The translations under genes were made by a program, and so were the position numbers. Below, in pieces: positions 44,714 through 53,159 of a stretch of DNA of 64,000 bases; the stretch's first letter is position 1, and the number at the start of each line of letters is the position of its first letter. Origin of the DNA: a virus. Lineage: Duplodnaviria; Heunggongvirae; Uroviricota; Caudoviricetes. The stretch lies in IMG/VR virus record IMGVR_UViG_3300021963_000025, positions 1 through 64,000 of that record. One strand, written 5' to 3'. The notes beneath the pieces are model-generated. The model was not told where the DNA came from and ran no database searches. It worked only from the letters and a program-made list of their open reading frames with translations.

Positions 44714-44865
44714 GATTTATAATTTATTTTGTAGTAGTAGGAGCTTGGACTGCCTATGAATTATATAGGGCTCCTCATTTAGATGACAATGGGAATGAGA
44801 TTAAAAAAGAGACTAAGACCGACAATCTTCTAGATTTTGACGAAGACGAAGAATTTCTAGGTTAA
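44701..44865 (+). CDS. small membrane protein (54 aa) with acidic tail
   Basis: ATG inside ATGGTGGGACTAG overlapping upstream stop; FIIYFVVVGAWTAY TM segment; not in supplied track. Confidence 0.3.
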   Translation: MVGLGFIIYFVVVGAWTAYELYRAPHLDDNGNEIKKETKTDNLLDFDEDEEFLG

Positions 44866-44884
44866 AACTTTAACATAATTTTAA

Positions 44885-44915
44885 CACTCCAGACTTTCGG
44901 GTTTGGAGTGTTTTG
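44885..44915 (+). terminator. rho-independent terminator
   Basis: cactccagac-tttcgg-gtttggagtg followed by a T-run. Confidence 0.55.
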
Positions 44916-44940
44916 TTTATATTTACACTATAATTTTAAA
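44914..44940 (+). promoter_or_regulatory. conserved promoter-like cassette motif
   Basis: ttgtttatatttacactataattttaaaac. Confidence 0.5.
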
Positions 44941-44953
44941 ACTAAAAATAATT

Positions 44954-45052
44954 ATGGAAGTATTTGGAGCACTATCAGGTTTGGCGTTATGTGTTATTGC
45001 GTTAGCATTTCTTATTCATGGCGGAATTACAATCACTATTAAAAAGAAGTAG
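44954..45052 (+). CDS. micro membrane peptide (32 aa) upstream of denV
   Basis: MEVFGALSGLALCVIALAFLIHGGITITIKKK; its stop lies 1 nt before the denV ATG. Confidence 0.3.
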   Translation: MEVFGALSGLALCVIALAFLIHGGITITIKKK

Positions 45053-45053
45053 G

Positions 45054-45494
45054 ATGACCCGAATTAATGCCCACATCCGGCCGATAAAACTATGCGACCA
45101 GCATCTTGTTGCAGAGTATCGAGAAATCTTGAGAACTAATGCACTTGCAATTAAAAGGGCCAGGAAAGAGGGAAAGGCCATGTTGGGTAATATTCAACAA
45201 TCCTTTACACTTGGAGGTGGACACGTTACATTCTTTTATGACAAATTGTTGTATATCCATCTCAGGTTTAATGCTCTTAGAAGTGAACTGGTGAATCGAG
45301 GAATGAATCCCACTATTGAATGGCAGTTGGATGAGCTCGAGGAGTTCAGGTGGTTATATAATGACTGGCCGGAAGAACCAATTGCAAATCAATTAATTGT
45401 TGAAAGAATCCTGGAGCGTGCCAGAGGAATGAAAAAGATTTCATACAATTCTAAGAATATTGACTATGAAACATATTGTGAAATTTTAACATAA
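45054..45494 (+). CDS. denV: pyrimidine dimer DNA glycosylase (T4 endonuclease V, DenV family)
   Basis: MTRINAHIRPIKLCDQHLVAEYREI and GGGHVTFFYDKLLYI align closely to T4 endonuclease V ([23 protein letters not shown]...GAGHVTFFYDKLEFL); start set at MTRIN. Confidence 0.8.
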   Translation: MTRINAHIRPIKLCDQHLVAEYREILRTNALAIKRARKEGKAMLGNIQQSFTLGGGHVTFFYDKLLYIHLRFNALRSELVNRGMNPTIEWQLDELEEFRWLYNDWPEEPIANQLIVERILERARGMKKISYNSKNIDYETYCEILT

Positions 45495-45528
45495 ATTTAA
45501 CACAAAATAGTTTCCGGTTTGATAGATA

Positions 45529-45558
45529 TTGATTATATTTACATATCTAATTAAAACA
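45529..45558 (+). promoter_or_regulatory. conserved promoter-like cassette motif
   Basis: ttgattatatttacatatctaattaaaaca. Confidence 0.5.
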
Positions 45559-45566
45559 AAGAAATC

Positions 45567-45869
45567 ATGTACAACAAATTTTCAACACTACTTAGAATTT
45601 ATTTTTACTCTGATGCAAACATGGGATGGGGAGACGCAGGTTCATTCAAATATGTAAAAGTTTCTAAAAAAGATTTTACTAAAGAAACTATTGAATACTT
45701 CAGTGGAAAAAAAGGTACTAAACATAATCCTACTCCTGAATTGATGGAAAAATTAAAATCTTTAGGTTATGACCGTTTTACAATGGGATTTGATTTTAGT
45801 ACTGAAGAAAAGTACAATGACGAACTTACACAATTAAGAGCTAAATTAGAAAGATTAGAAACTATTTAA
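45567..45869 (+). CDS. hypothetical protein
   Basis: ORF after promoter cassette. Confidence 0.55.
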   Translation: MYNKFSTLLRIYFYSDANMGWGDAGSFKYVKVSKKDFTKETIEYFSGKKGTKHNPTPELMEKLKSLGYDRFTMGFDFSTEEKYNDELTQLRAKLERLETI

Positions 45870-45908
45870 CATAATTTTAACACAAAATAGTTTCCGGATT
45901 CCATAACA

Positions 45909-45938
45909 TTGATTATATTTACATATCTAATTAAAACA
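45909..45938 (+). promoter_or_regulatory. conserved promoter-like cassette motif
   Basis: ttgattatatttacatatctaattaaaaca. Confidence 0.5.
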
Positions 45939-45946
45939 AACATATT

Positions 45947-46156
45947 ATGATTAACTTTGCACCCTTCATTAATTTATTACTTAGAAAAAAAGGAACTTCA
46001 ACTAAAAGAGAACTCTCATCTAATGATAAAAAAGAGTTGAAAAAAATAAATGAAATGGGAATGTTCGAGGCCATGGATTACTTAGCCAAAAAAGATACCG
46101 GAGCAGGATTTCAAGGAGAGAATCAGGGAGATGGTTTAAGTGGATTCAGAGGATAA
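45947..46156 (+). CDS. hypothetical protein
   Basis: ORF after promoter cassette. Confidence 0.5.
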   Translation: MINFAPFINLLLRKKGTSTKRELSSNDKKELKKINEMGMFEAMDYLAKKDTGAGFQGENQGDGLSGFRG

Positions 46157-46210
46157 TTGTTAATAACTTTTTGAAAATAAATTAAAAAATGTTTTCAAGA
46201 TTCAAATAAA

Positions 46211-46240
46211 TTGATTATATTTACATATCTAATTAAAACA
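46211..46240 (+). promoter_or_regulatory. conserved promoter-like cassette motif
   Basis: ttgattatatttacatatctaattaaaaca. Confidence 0.5.
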
Positions 46241-46248
46241 AAGAAATC

Positions 46249-46602
46249 ATGACAAAAACATCAACAATCGGGCTAATTGAAGTGACTAGCCAAACTCAAG
46301 CAAATAATGGTACACAATGCTTTCATGACCCAATCACCGGTTGTGATTATTTAAGTTACGAAAGCGGTTATGTTCGCCGTAAATATTCTGGCATAAATTA
46401 TCGTGGATATGTACAAAGCACAATTTACCAATTGAACAAAACCCGAATGGTTCCATTTACTTACACTTCTTATACTGGTGAAACTCGTACCGCTGAACGC
46501 ATTGAACGTATTTTAGAAATGGACCCGGAAAGTAGAATTGACATAGTTGTTAGAGCAGCCGTAAACTATCGCAAATATTTAAGAAAATTTATAAAAAACT
46601 AA
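46249..46602 (+). CDS. hypothetical protein
   Basis: ORF. Confidence 0.55.
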   Translation: MTKTSTIGLIEVTSQTQANNGTQCFHDPITGCDYLSYESGYVRRKYSGINYRGYVQSTIYQLNKTRMVPFTYTSYTGETRTAERIERILEMDPESRIDIVVRAAVNYRKYLRKFIKN

Positions 46603-46603
46603 T

Positions 46604-47185
46604 ATGAAACTATACACAGAAGAACAGGTCAAAGACCTATTAGAAACTCAAAGAGGTAATTGTTATACTGCAGTTCTTTCTTTAACCAAATTACCAGAAG
46701 TTGCAGAATTTGTATCAAAGGCACCCCTTCCTGGAGGAGAACAATTTGACCAATTCTATGGAATCGACCCTGAAGCCCTATTCAAAGAGGACCAGGCGGA
46801 CGGAGAACTACAGGAGAACTTTCAAAGTTTTCAACGTGCAAGAGAATCTGCAAAGACCTCTTATAATGCAACAGTTCCGACCCTCAATTCAATGATTGAT
46901 AAAATTGTTAACTTAAAAGAATTGATAGTTACTCTATCAGTACAGGGTCTTCCAACCGAGAAGGTGGTTAAAAGACTTGCAAAACTGGATGACAGTTTTA
47001 CCGCTCTTGCAAAAAAATCTGATGCGTATAAACAAGAATTGGACAGACAGGACACCTTGATTAAGAACTATAAAGACTGGACTGAACGCAAATTGTTCCT
47101 TCATTGGAGATATTTAACTCACTTCGGAGTCACTACTGAACCTTGGATGGATTGGAAGAAACAGTTTGTTGATACAATGATATAA
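46604..47185 (+). CDS. hypothetical protein
   Basis: ORF. Confidence 0.6.
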   Translation: MKLYTEEQVKDLLETQRGNCYTAVLSLTKLPEVAEFVSKAPLPGGEQFDQFYGIDPEALFKEDQADGELQENFQSFQRARESAKTSYNATVPTLNSMIDKIVNLKELIVTLSVQGLPTEKVVKRLAKLDDSFTALAKKSDAYKQELDRQDTLIKNYKDWTERKLFLHWRYLTHFGVTTEPWMDWKKQFVDTMI

Positions 47186-47431
47186 ATAGTAGAAGAACCT
47201 GCTACATAACACGGCGCCAAATTAATTGTGACATGTACTATCTGGAAGGTCAGGTCAGGTTCTTTAGATTTACCAATGCTCGCTGTTAATTGAGAGGTAG
47301 AGCGCATAATTTCCGAACAAGGGTTAACAGTAGGAAGACGTCGCCCATTGCACTCAATCAGTAACCCTGCTCTTGTTCTTCTAATGTGAGAAATCCTGTT
47401 AGTTAATAAGAAAGACACAGGTTGGTAAATT

Positions 47432-47516
47432 AATCGGTTGGTGTAAGATCTGGAGTTCCAGGCGATGGTAACATGGGCGGCCCGGTGCTGCTATGATAAG
47501 GGTTCGAATCCCTTAC
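47432..47516 (+). tRNA. tRNA-like element (perfect acceptor and T-arm, core unresolved)
   Basis: 7-bp acceptor aatcggt/accgatt and T-arm aaggg-ttcgaat-ccctt; 85 nt; no canonical anticodon arm found. Confidence 0.3.
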
Positions 47517-47769
47517 CGATTTCAAAAATAAAACGGCTCTGCAGGGCTAGGGGAGGTTTGGTTAAAGCTGTACGGTACAAGCACGAGGTTCGAATCCTCG
47601 CTCTCTACTAAAAACTACTTGAGTAGGTGGGAGTGGTCAATCAACAACCCACTGAAGTTTCAGGTAAACCAATATGACAAGCGGGAAGTAGTACTGCCTA
47701 GAATACAGTAAGGGTACAGTTAATGATTTTTTTAGAAGGATTGAATAGTTTTTAACATTAACGAATGGT

Positions 47770-47862
47770 GTCAGGTGGAGGAATTGGTAAACTCTCGCTT
47801 CAAGGTGCGGTTAGTCAACGAAATGTAAAGCTAACTTACAGGTTCGAATCCTGTCCTGACCA
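47770..47862 (+). tRNA. class II tRNA-like, possibly tRNA-Leu(CAA)
   Basis: Leu-type D region ggaggaattggtaaactc, loop ttCAAgg, variable arm gttag...ctaac, T-arm acagg-ttcgaat-cctgt, acceptor 6/7 bp; irregular anticodon stem. Confidence 0.4.
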
Positions 47863-48016
47863 CAATGAGTTGATTACTCAGATGGATTCATCTGTCCTTA
47901 AAGATGACGACATACTCTTGGGCGTGAGGCAAGAGCGTTATTTGAAATTCGGTTTTAACGATATTAAGAATCGAGCTCGGAAGGCAACATATTTCGTGAG
48001 GTTTAATCAGCCATAA

Positions 48017-48108
48017 TTGCAAACGGTCAGGTGGCGGAATGGTAAACGCACTCATTGTGGAATTTTCCTAATAAAGCTGAGAGATTACAGGTTCGAATCC
48101 TGTCCTGA
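48017..48108 (+). tRNA. class II tRNA-like paralogue with degenerate anticodon region
   Basis: Perfect acceptor ggtcagg/cctgacc, D region gcggaatggtaaacgc, 3' 30 nt identical to the 47770 element; anticodon arm not foldable. Confidence 0.35.
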
Positions 48109-48132
48109 CCACAAACTTTAAAATTTAAAATA

Positions 48133-48636
48133 ATGAAAAAAGTATTAATGACGCTTGTGCTAATGTTATCGATGAACTCGGCATTTACACAAAACAAGGC
48201 AGTTATTAACCATTGTGTTAATAATTCTGAAATCCATGGTCCAGCTGGAGTAATCTGTTCAAACGAAAATAGAACTAAATGGTTTACACTAACACCAAAT
48301 TATAAATTAGATGGCACCAGATTATTTTGTACTGGGTTGGTAGTAATTAAAACAAGTATCGGAGATGTTAATAAAACGGGCACTCTGGTATTTACATTTA
48401 AAGATGGTAATAAAATAAGGTTGAAATCCGGAATCATTCCAAACATTGATGGCGCTCTCTATTTTGAATTAACAGAATTGGATTTTATAATCTTAAAAAG
48501 TAAAGAAATAGACACCGTTAGATTCATTAATGGAATTGACAATGTTTCTTTTCAGTATAAAATGGTTGGAGACGAGTCAAATTACTACATAAATCTTTTT
48601 ACCAATTACACAATCCATCAAGAGTATTGTAAATAA
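48133..48636 (+). CDS. secreted hypothetical protein
   Basis: Signal peptide MKKVLMTLVLMLSMNSAFT. Confidence 0.6.
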   Translation: MKKVLMTLVLMLSMNSAFTQNKAVINHCVNNSEIHGPAGVICSNENRTKWFTLTPNYKLDGTRLFCTGLVVIKTSIGDVNKTGTLVFTFKDGNKIRLKSGIIPNIDGALYFELTELDFIILKSKEIDTVRFINGIDNVSFQYKMVGDESNYYINLFTNYTIHQEYCK

Positions 48637-48682
48637 AATTGTTAATAACTTTTTGATAAAAAGTTTTACCGATTGAAATATA

Positions 48683-48712
48683 TTGATTATATTTACATAT
48701 CTAATTAAAACA
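48683..48712 (+). promoter_or_regulatory. conserved promoter-like cassette motif
   Basis: ttgattatatttacatatctaattaaaaca immediately upstream of the ligase ATG. Confidence 0.5.
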
Positions 48713-48715
48713 AAT

Positions 48716-50002
48716 ATGAACTTACAAGACATTCAAAATTTCGTTACAGAGTCGAACCAAACTAACTCTAATACTGACAAATTAAACGTACTTAAAAAGT
48801 ATGCCAAAAACGATTCAGTACTTCTTGCTCTTAACTACACCTACAATACTTTCAAACAGTATGGTGTAACTTCAGAGAACTGCAAAAAGAATTCCAACTT
48901 AATCAAGTATGGTTATACTGATTTGGCCCAGTTACTTGATGATTTGAATGACCGTTACATTACCGGACATACTGCAATTAGTTATGTTAATGGATTCGTC
49001 GAAGCAAATAAAGCTCACGAGGAGTTGATTTTTAATATAATTGATAGAAACCTTAAGACCCGTTCGACAACCTCTATGGTTAACAAAGTTATTCCGGGAT
49101 TGATTCCTACATTCGATGTTGCCCTTGCAAATTCTTACGATGAGAAAATGGCAAAGAAAGTAGACTTTAATGATACTTGGTTTGTTAGTCGTAAACTAGA
49201 CGGATGTCGTTGTATTTGTATCATTGATGAGAATGGAGAACCTAAATATTTCTCAAGAGCTGGAAATGAGTTCATGACCCTTAAGAACCTGGATGCTGAG
49301 ATTATCTCATTAGGACTTAAAAACATGGTTATTGATGGTGAAATTTGTATGTTAGATGCTAATGGAAATGAGAATTTTCAAGGTATCATTAAAGAAATCA
49401 AACGTAAAGACCATACAATTGAGAACCCATTCTTTTACATGTTCGACTTATTAACAATGGAAGAATTTGTTAATAAAGAAGGTACAACACCCTTCTCAGT
49501 TAGAAATGTTCAATTAGATAACCTTTTCTTTCAGAGAGAATTTAATCATATTGACTATCTGCCTCAAACAATCTTATTGGATGAAAGAATGTTAATGTAT
49601 CATATTGGAAATGCAAAAGACAATGGATGGGAAGGACTTATGTTACGTAAAGATGCTCCATACCAAGGAAAACGTAGTAATGATGTACTTAAGGTAAAAC
49701 AATTCTACGATGCAGAATATGTTGTAGTTGACATCGAGAATGCAGTCAATAGAGTTATTGTTGACGGTAAGGAGGTTGAAGAGATGATGATGAGAAATGT
49801 TGTAATTGAGCACAAAGGAAATAGAGTTCAAGTTGGTAGCGGGTTCTCTCACGAACAAAAAAGATATTACTTTGAGAATCCTAGTGAAATCATTGGAAAA
49901 CAAATAACCGTACAATACTTCGAAGAATCATTCACCGACAAGGGAATTAGTTTAAGATTCCCAACTGTAAAAGCAATTTATGAAAATGGAAGAGACGTTT
50001 AA
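48716..50002 (+). CDS. ATP-dependent DNA ligase
   Basis: Motif I VSRKLDGCRCI (KxDGxR), EGLMLRK (motif IV) and VLKVK (motif V); start moved to ATG 48716 because the track ORF start overlaps the promoter cassette. Confidence 0.7.
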   Translation: MNLQDIQNFVTESNQTNSNTDKLNVLKKYAKNDSVLLALNYTYNTFKQYGVTSENCKKNSNLIKYGYTDLAQLLDDLNDRYITGHTAISYVNGFVEANKAHEELIFNIIDRNLKTRSTTSMVNKVIPGLIPTFDVALANSYDEKMAKKVDFNDTWFVSRKLDGCRCICIIDENGEPKYFSRAGNEFMTLKNLDAEIISLGLKNMVIDGEICMLDANGNENFQGIIKEIKRKDHTIENPFFYMFDLLTMEEFVNKEGTTPFSVRNVQLDNLFFQREFNHIDYLPQTILLDERMLMYHIGNAKDNGWEGLMLRKDAPYQGKRSNDVLKVKQFYDAEYVVVDIENAVNRVIVDGKEVEEMMMRNVVIEHKGNRVQVGSGFSHEQKRYYFENPSEIIGKQITVQYFEESFTDKGISLRFPTVKAIYENGRDV

Positions 50003-50225
50003 TATATTTGCAGATGGTTTCTTAGATAGAAATGGATTTAAGAATGTTTGTCCAAATAAATGGGCAAATGAAAAATGTTTGGTAACCGTCCTAGAAGACT
50101 GTTATCAAATACAATTCACCAATTTTGATGGAGATTGGGAAATGTTTACAGATTCATGGTCAATCATGCATTTGGTAGGATTATTAACTTGGCATGATTT
50201 ATTAGACCGTAACTATTCAAAATAA
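49986..50225 (+). CDS. hypothetical protein
   Basis: ORF overlapping ligase stop. Confidence 0.45.
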   Translation: MEETFNIFADGFLDRNGFKNVCPNKWANEKCLVTVLEDCYQIQFTNFDGDWEMFTDSWSIMHLVGLLTWHDLLDRNYSK

Positions 50226-50230
50226 TTAAG

Positions 50231-50623
50231 ATGATAACAATAGAAAATTACTTAAATCACATTAGCTATCAAGAAATTTTAGAGAAGCGAGCCTATGAGG
50301 TAGCAAACCTATTAAATGGGTTAAATTCTAAAATGTGGGAAATGTTTGCCGATTCTGGTGAATTCTATTTCTATGACAATTCAGTTTCTTTGAATACCGC
50401 CGAATATTTCAGAGGTAGTTACGACTCAACTTCAATGAATTTTAATTCGTTATATTTAAACATGACGGATGAAGAAATTACATTAGATGCTAATAGAATA
50501 ATTGAAGAAGCCGACGAGAAGGCTAGAAAAATTAAAGAGTCTTTTGAAAAAGCAGCTTTAATAAGAGCAGAAGAAAAGGAGAAGGCAGAGTATGAACGCT
50601 TAAAATCTAAATATGACAATTAG
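50231..50623 (+). CDS. hypothetical protein
   Basis: ORF. Confidence 0.55.
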   Translation: MITIENYLNHISYQEILEKRAYEVANLLNGLNSKMWEMFADSGEFYFYDNSVSLNTAEYFRGSYDSTSMNFNSLYLNMTDEEITLDANRIIEEADEKARKIKESFEKAALIRAEEKEKAEYERLKSKYDN

Positions 50624-50945
50624 AAACTATAAGAAGGCATATTGGATTGGTAAGGACTCTTTTGGTAAGATGATTTATGCCGGAGATACTGTTGAGGTTT
50701 GGTTACCTTGGGAAACTCGAAGTCCACATCAGTCGAAGGTTCTTTGGAATCGTATTGATGGTGCTTTTATTGAGGCACATCCAGCCCATAACAAAATGCA
50801 TGAAAAGGTTCATCACCGAGACCTACGTTCGTATCTTAATCAAGAACCAGTTCCTATTTGGAATTATGATGAAAATGACGAAGGAACTATCACTGGGTAC
50901 AAGCAGGGTTATGTAAAGAAAGTCAAATCATTTTATACTGAATAA
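50613..50945 (+). CDS. hypothetical protein
   Basis: ORF. Confidence 0.5.
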   Translation: MTIRNYKKAYWIGKDSFGKMIYAGDTVEVWLPWETRSPHQSKVLWNRIDGAFIEAHPAHNKMHEKVHHRDLRSYLNQEPVPIWNYDENDEGTITGYKQGYVKKVKSFYTE

Positions 50946-50946
50946 T

Positions 50947-51264
50947 ATGGCAAAATATAAATTATCAACAGGATTACGTACAGTCATTGAACAACCTGAA
51001 TTTGAAACTGATAAAGAGGCTTGGGAATATCTTCGTTTAGTTATTGAAGATGCATATGCAACTCTTTATAAAGAGATAGAGGTAGATGTGATTAACAACA
51101 ATGAAGATATTTATGTGCCTACATGGAATGCCAAATACGGACCAAAACCTATAGGGTATGGATCTGATTCGACTATTCCAAAACAAATTGGTATTAATCA
51201 AAAGCATAAAGTTTGGGTACCTATTTTAAATGGAATAACTAGTCACGAATATAACATAAAATAA
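50947..51264 (+). CDS. hypothetical protein
   Basis: ORF. Confidence 0.5.
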   Translation: MAKYKLSTGLRTVIEQPEFETDKEAWEYLRLVIEDAYATLYKEIEVDVINNNEDIYVPTWNAKYGPKPIGYGSDSTIPKQIGINQKHKVWVPILNGITSHEYNIK

Positions 51265-51265
51265 T

Positions 51266-51481
51266 ATGGCAAGAGAAGTATCACTTACAATATGTTCTAA
51301 TTGTTTAGACGATTTTCCAAGTAAGGACCTTTACACAGTTTCCAGGAAATCACACAGAGGGGTTGAAACCAATCATGACGAGTATTATGCACCGTACTGT
51401 ACAAAGTGTCTAAAGGACAAGGCATCCTATATAAAAATTATTAGTGAGCCTAAAAGTATGAAATTGAAACAAAAGAAATAA
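51266..51481 (+). CDS. hypothetical Cys-containing protein
   Basis: ORF; CSNC...CTKC pairs suggest a zinc ribbon. Confidence 0.5.
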   Translation: MAREVSLTICSNCLDDFPSKDLYTVSRKSHRGVETNHDEYYAPYCTKCLKDKASYIKIISEPKSMKLKQKK

Positions 51482-51497
51482 CCCAAATATAATTATT

Positions 51498-51737
51498 ATG
51501 GAAGAGCAAGGAACCCTATTAGAAGAGGCAACGTTTAGATTCTCACAAGATGGAAATTGTTTATCAAAGAGCGATCAATATGAGTTCTTAGAAATAGAAG
51601 CCCATTCAAGTCTTGGAATTGATAGAGAAAATGACTGTTTTTTTGTCCTTAAGACAGAACAATGGTCAGTAGATTCCGTAGAAGACCTTGAAAAATTATT
51701 TGATAGAATTAGAAAAGTAATAAAAAATGAAATTTAA
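51498..51737 (+). CDS. hypothetical protein
   Basis: ORF. Confidence 0.5.
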   Translation: MEEQGTLLEEATFRFSQDGNCLSKSDQYEFLEIEAHSSLGIDRENDCFFVLKTEQWSVDSVEDLEKLFDRIRKVIKNEI

Positions 51738-51924
51738 CAAAGAATCAAGAATTTTAGCGGCAGTTGCCCTAATGTGTATAACCGTTTTTTTATTCAGTTT
51801 TACAAAGAAAGAGAAAGAGGAAGTAGGTTCAAGATACCACATCGAAAGATGTTATTATGACGGTGCAACGTTTCTTGTACTTGTCGATGCAGGCGGCAAC
51901 CCAGTTAATTTTATGTACAAATAG
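51727..51924 (+). CDS. small membrane protein
   Basis: ORF with hydrophobic AAVALMCITVFLF segment. Confidence 0.45.
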   Translation: MKFNKESRILAAVALMCITVFLFSFTKKEKEEVGSRYHIERCYYDGATFLVLVDAGGNPVNFMYK

Positions 51925-52134
51925 ATGAAAAAAGAAAAACTATACGTCGCCCAAGAATTTCGGACCAATCCATTATCTGCCGCTCCAGGTGGAAGTGTAG
52001 TCGAAGTACATTATCAGGCAGGAATTAAAGTGTATGATAATATTAAGAACCCAAAAGCCTATGTTAAATACATTATGGCAAATAGTCCTGATGTTGTCCA
52101 AATATTAGTTGATGGAAAACCATACAATTCTTGA
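51925..52134 (+). CDS. hypothetical protein
   Basis: ORF. Confidence 0.5.
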   Translation: MKKEKLYVAQEFRTNPLSAAPGGSVVEVHYQAGIKVYDNIKNPKAYVKYIMANSPDVVQILVDGKPYNS

Positions 52135-52183
52135 AACTTTATTTAAAACTCATATATAAATTACAAATTTAAAAACTATAACA

Positions 52184-52360
52184 ATGGAAGATTTATTAAA
52201 TCAAATTGTAGAAACTGTTGACTCTATTAGAGTAGACGCTGCTAAATTTGAAGAAAAACAAAATGGCGCTGCTGGAACAAGAGTTCGTAAAGCAATGCAA
52301 ACTATTAAGACCTTAGCACAAGATGTGAGAACTCATATCTCTGAAGCTAAGAATGCTTAA
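52184..52360 (+). CDS. histone H1-like/Hc1-type small DNA-binding protein
   Basis: 58-aa basic protein with AAKFEEKQNGAAGTRVRKA motif, typical of small histone-H1-like proteins of Bacteroidetes and their phages; not in supplied track. Confidence 0.45.
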   Translation: MEDLLNQIVETVDSIRVDAAKFEEKQNGAAGTRVRKAMQTIKTLAQDVRTHISEAKNA

Positions 52361-52408
52361 AAACAAAATTAGGTTCCTTACAGCAAATTAATTCTATAAG
52401 GAAACTGG

Positions 52409-52448
52409 TGTCGAAAGACGTGTAGGTTCGAGTCCTACCTCTCCAACA
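52409..52448 (+). tRNA. orphan tRNA 3' half (variable arm + T-arm + acceptor 3' strand)
   Basis: gtc-gaaa-gac mini-helix, T-arm gtagg-ttcgagt-cctac, then ctctcc-a; no complementary 5' acceptor upstream. Confidence 0.35.
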
Positions 52449-52466
52449 AAGTTATAAAACATTCGG

Positions 52467-52500
52467 AGAGTGGTGAAATTGGTAGACACACCGGTCAAAA
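52467..52500 (+). tRNA. orphan tRNA 5' half (acceptor 5' strand + class II D-arm + start of anticodon stem)
   Basis: ggagag-tg-gtgaaattggtagacac-a-ccggtc; ggagag is complementary to the ctctcc located 20 nt upstream. Confidence 0.35.
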
Positions 52501-52640
52501 GAACATGGAACCTGTTAAAATATTTTAAAGGATACGTTCAGCAAATTACCAAACTTTGACTTTTACTCAAACCATAAAGTTATCCTGTAAATTTAAAATG
52601 CTTAAAACCGATGATATATACATAAAATATCACCGTAAAA

Positions 52641-53159
52641 ATGGCAATCGTATATCAACATAAAACTATTAAAGACGGTACAATATTCTATATAGGAATA
52701 GGTACAAAAATTAATAGAGCATACCATTTTAAAAATCGAAGTAAATTTTGGAAAGATTTTACCAAAAACCATGAATTTGAAGTTGAAATATTGTATGAGA
52801 ACATTTCATATAATGAAGCTAAAGAAATTGAAAAATCATTAATACTTTCATTAGGTAGAAAAGATCAAAATAAAGGAAATTTAGTAAATCAAACTGATGG
52901 AGGAGATGGGACTCTTGGAGTTATTAGAAATCATTCAAAAGATACTAAATTAAAAATAAGTGCTAATAATGGAATGCACAATGAATCTGTTAAAGAAAAA
53001 CATAAAAATTCTTTAAATAGACCAGAAACAAAACAAAAGCAGAGATTAGCAAAGTTAGGCGTACCTAGAAAAAGAATTTTATGTACAAAATGTAATAATG
53101 AAATCTCTGACAATAATTATACAAGGCATATAAATGTCTATTGTAAGCAAAATAGCTAA
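52641..53159 (+). CDS. GIY-YIG homing endonuclease (third copy, divergent)
   Basis: N-terminal VYQHKTIKDGTIFYIGIGTK...N GIY-YIG motif; basic C-terminal DNA-binding region. Confidence 0.65.
   Translation: MAIVYQHKTIKDGTIFYIGIGTKINRAYHFKNRSKFWKDFTKNHEFEVEILYENISYNEAKEIEKSLILSLGRKDQNKGNLVNQTDGGDGTLGVIRNHSKDTKLKISANNGMHNESVKEKHKNSLNRPETKQKQRLAKLGVPRKRILCTKCNNEISDNNYTRHINVYCKQNS

Noticed and set aside
45018-45053. N-terminal extension MAELQSLLKRSR of the denV ORF
   Set aside because: T4 endonuclease V begins MTRIN; an upstream micro-ORF stop and AG-rich RBS precede the internal ATG at 45054.
47541-47608. T-arm cgagg-ttcgaat-cctcg with ctctcta tail
   Set aside because: The best 5' partner gives a 61-nt molecule with a mismatched acceptor; not called.
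47765-48016. 83-aa ORF between the two class II tRNA-like paralogues
   Set aside because: Its 5' end overlaps the tRNA-like element at 47770 and it lacks the usual promoter cassette; kept only as part of finding, not called as a gene.
3491-48712. Possibility that the repeated 30-nt element is a CRISPR array or MITE
   Set aside because: Copies are kb apart, always in the same orientation immediately upstream of start codons, with no regular spacer length; behaves as a promoter, not a CRISPR repeat.
48683-48715. Upstream start of the DNA ligase ORF (MIIFTYLIKTN)
   Set aside because: These codons are the conserved promoter cassette itself; the ATG at 48716 has the same spacing to the cassette as other genes.
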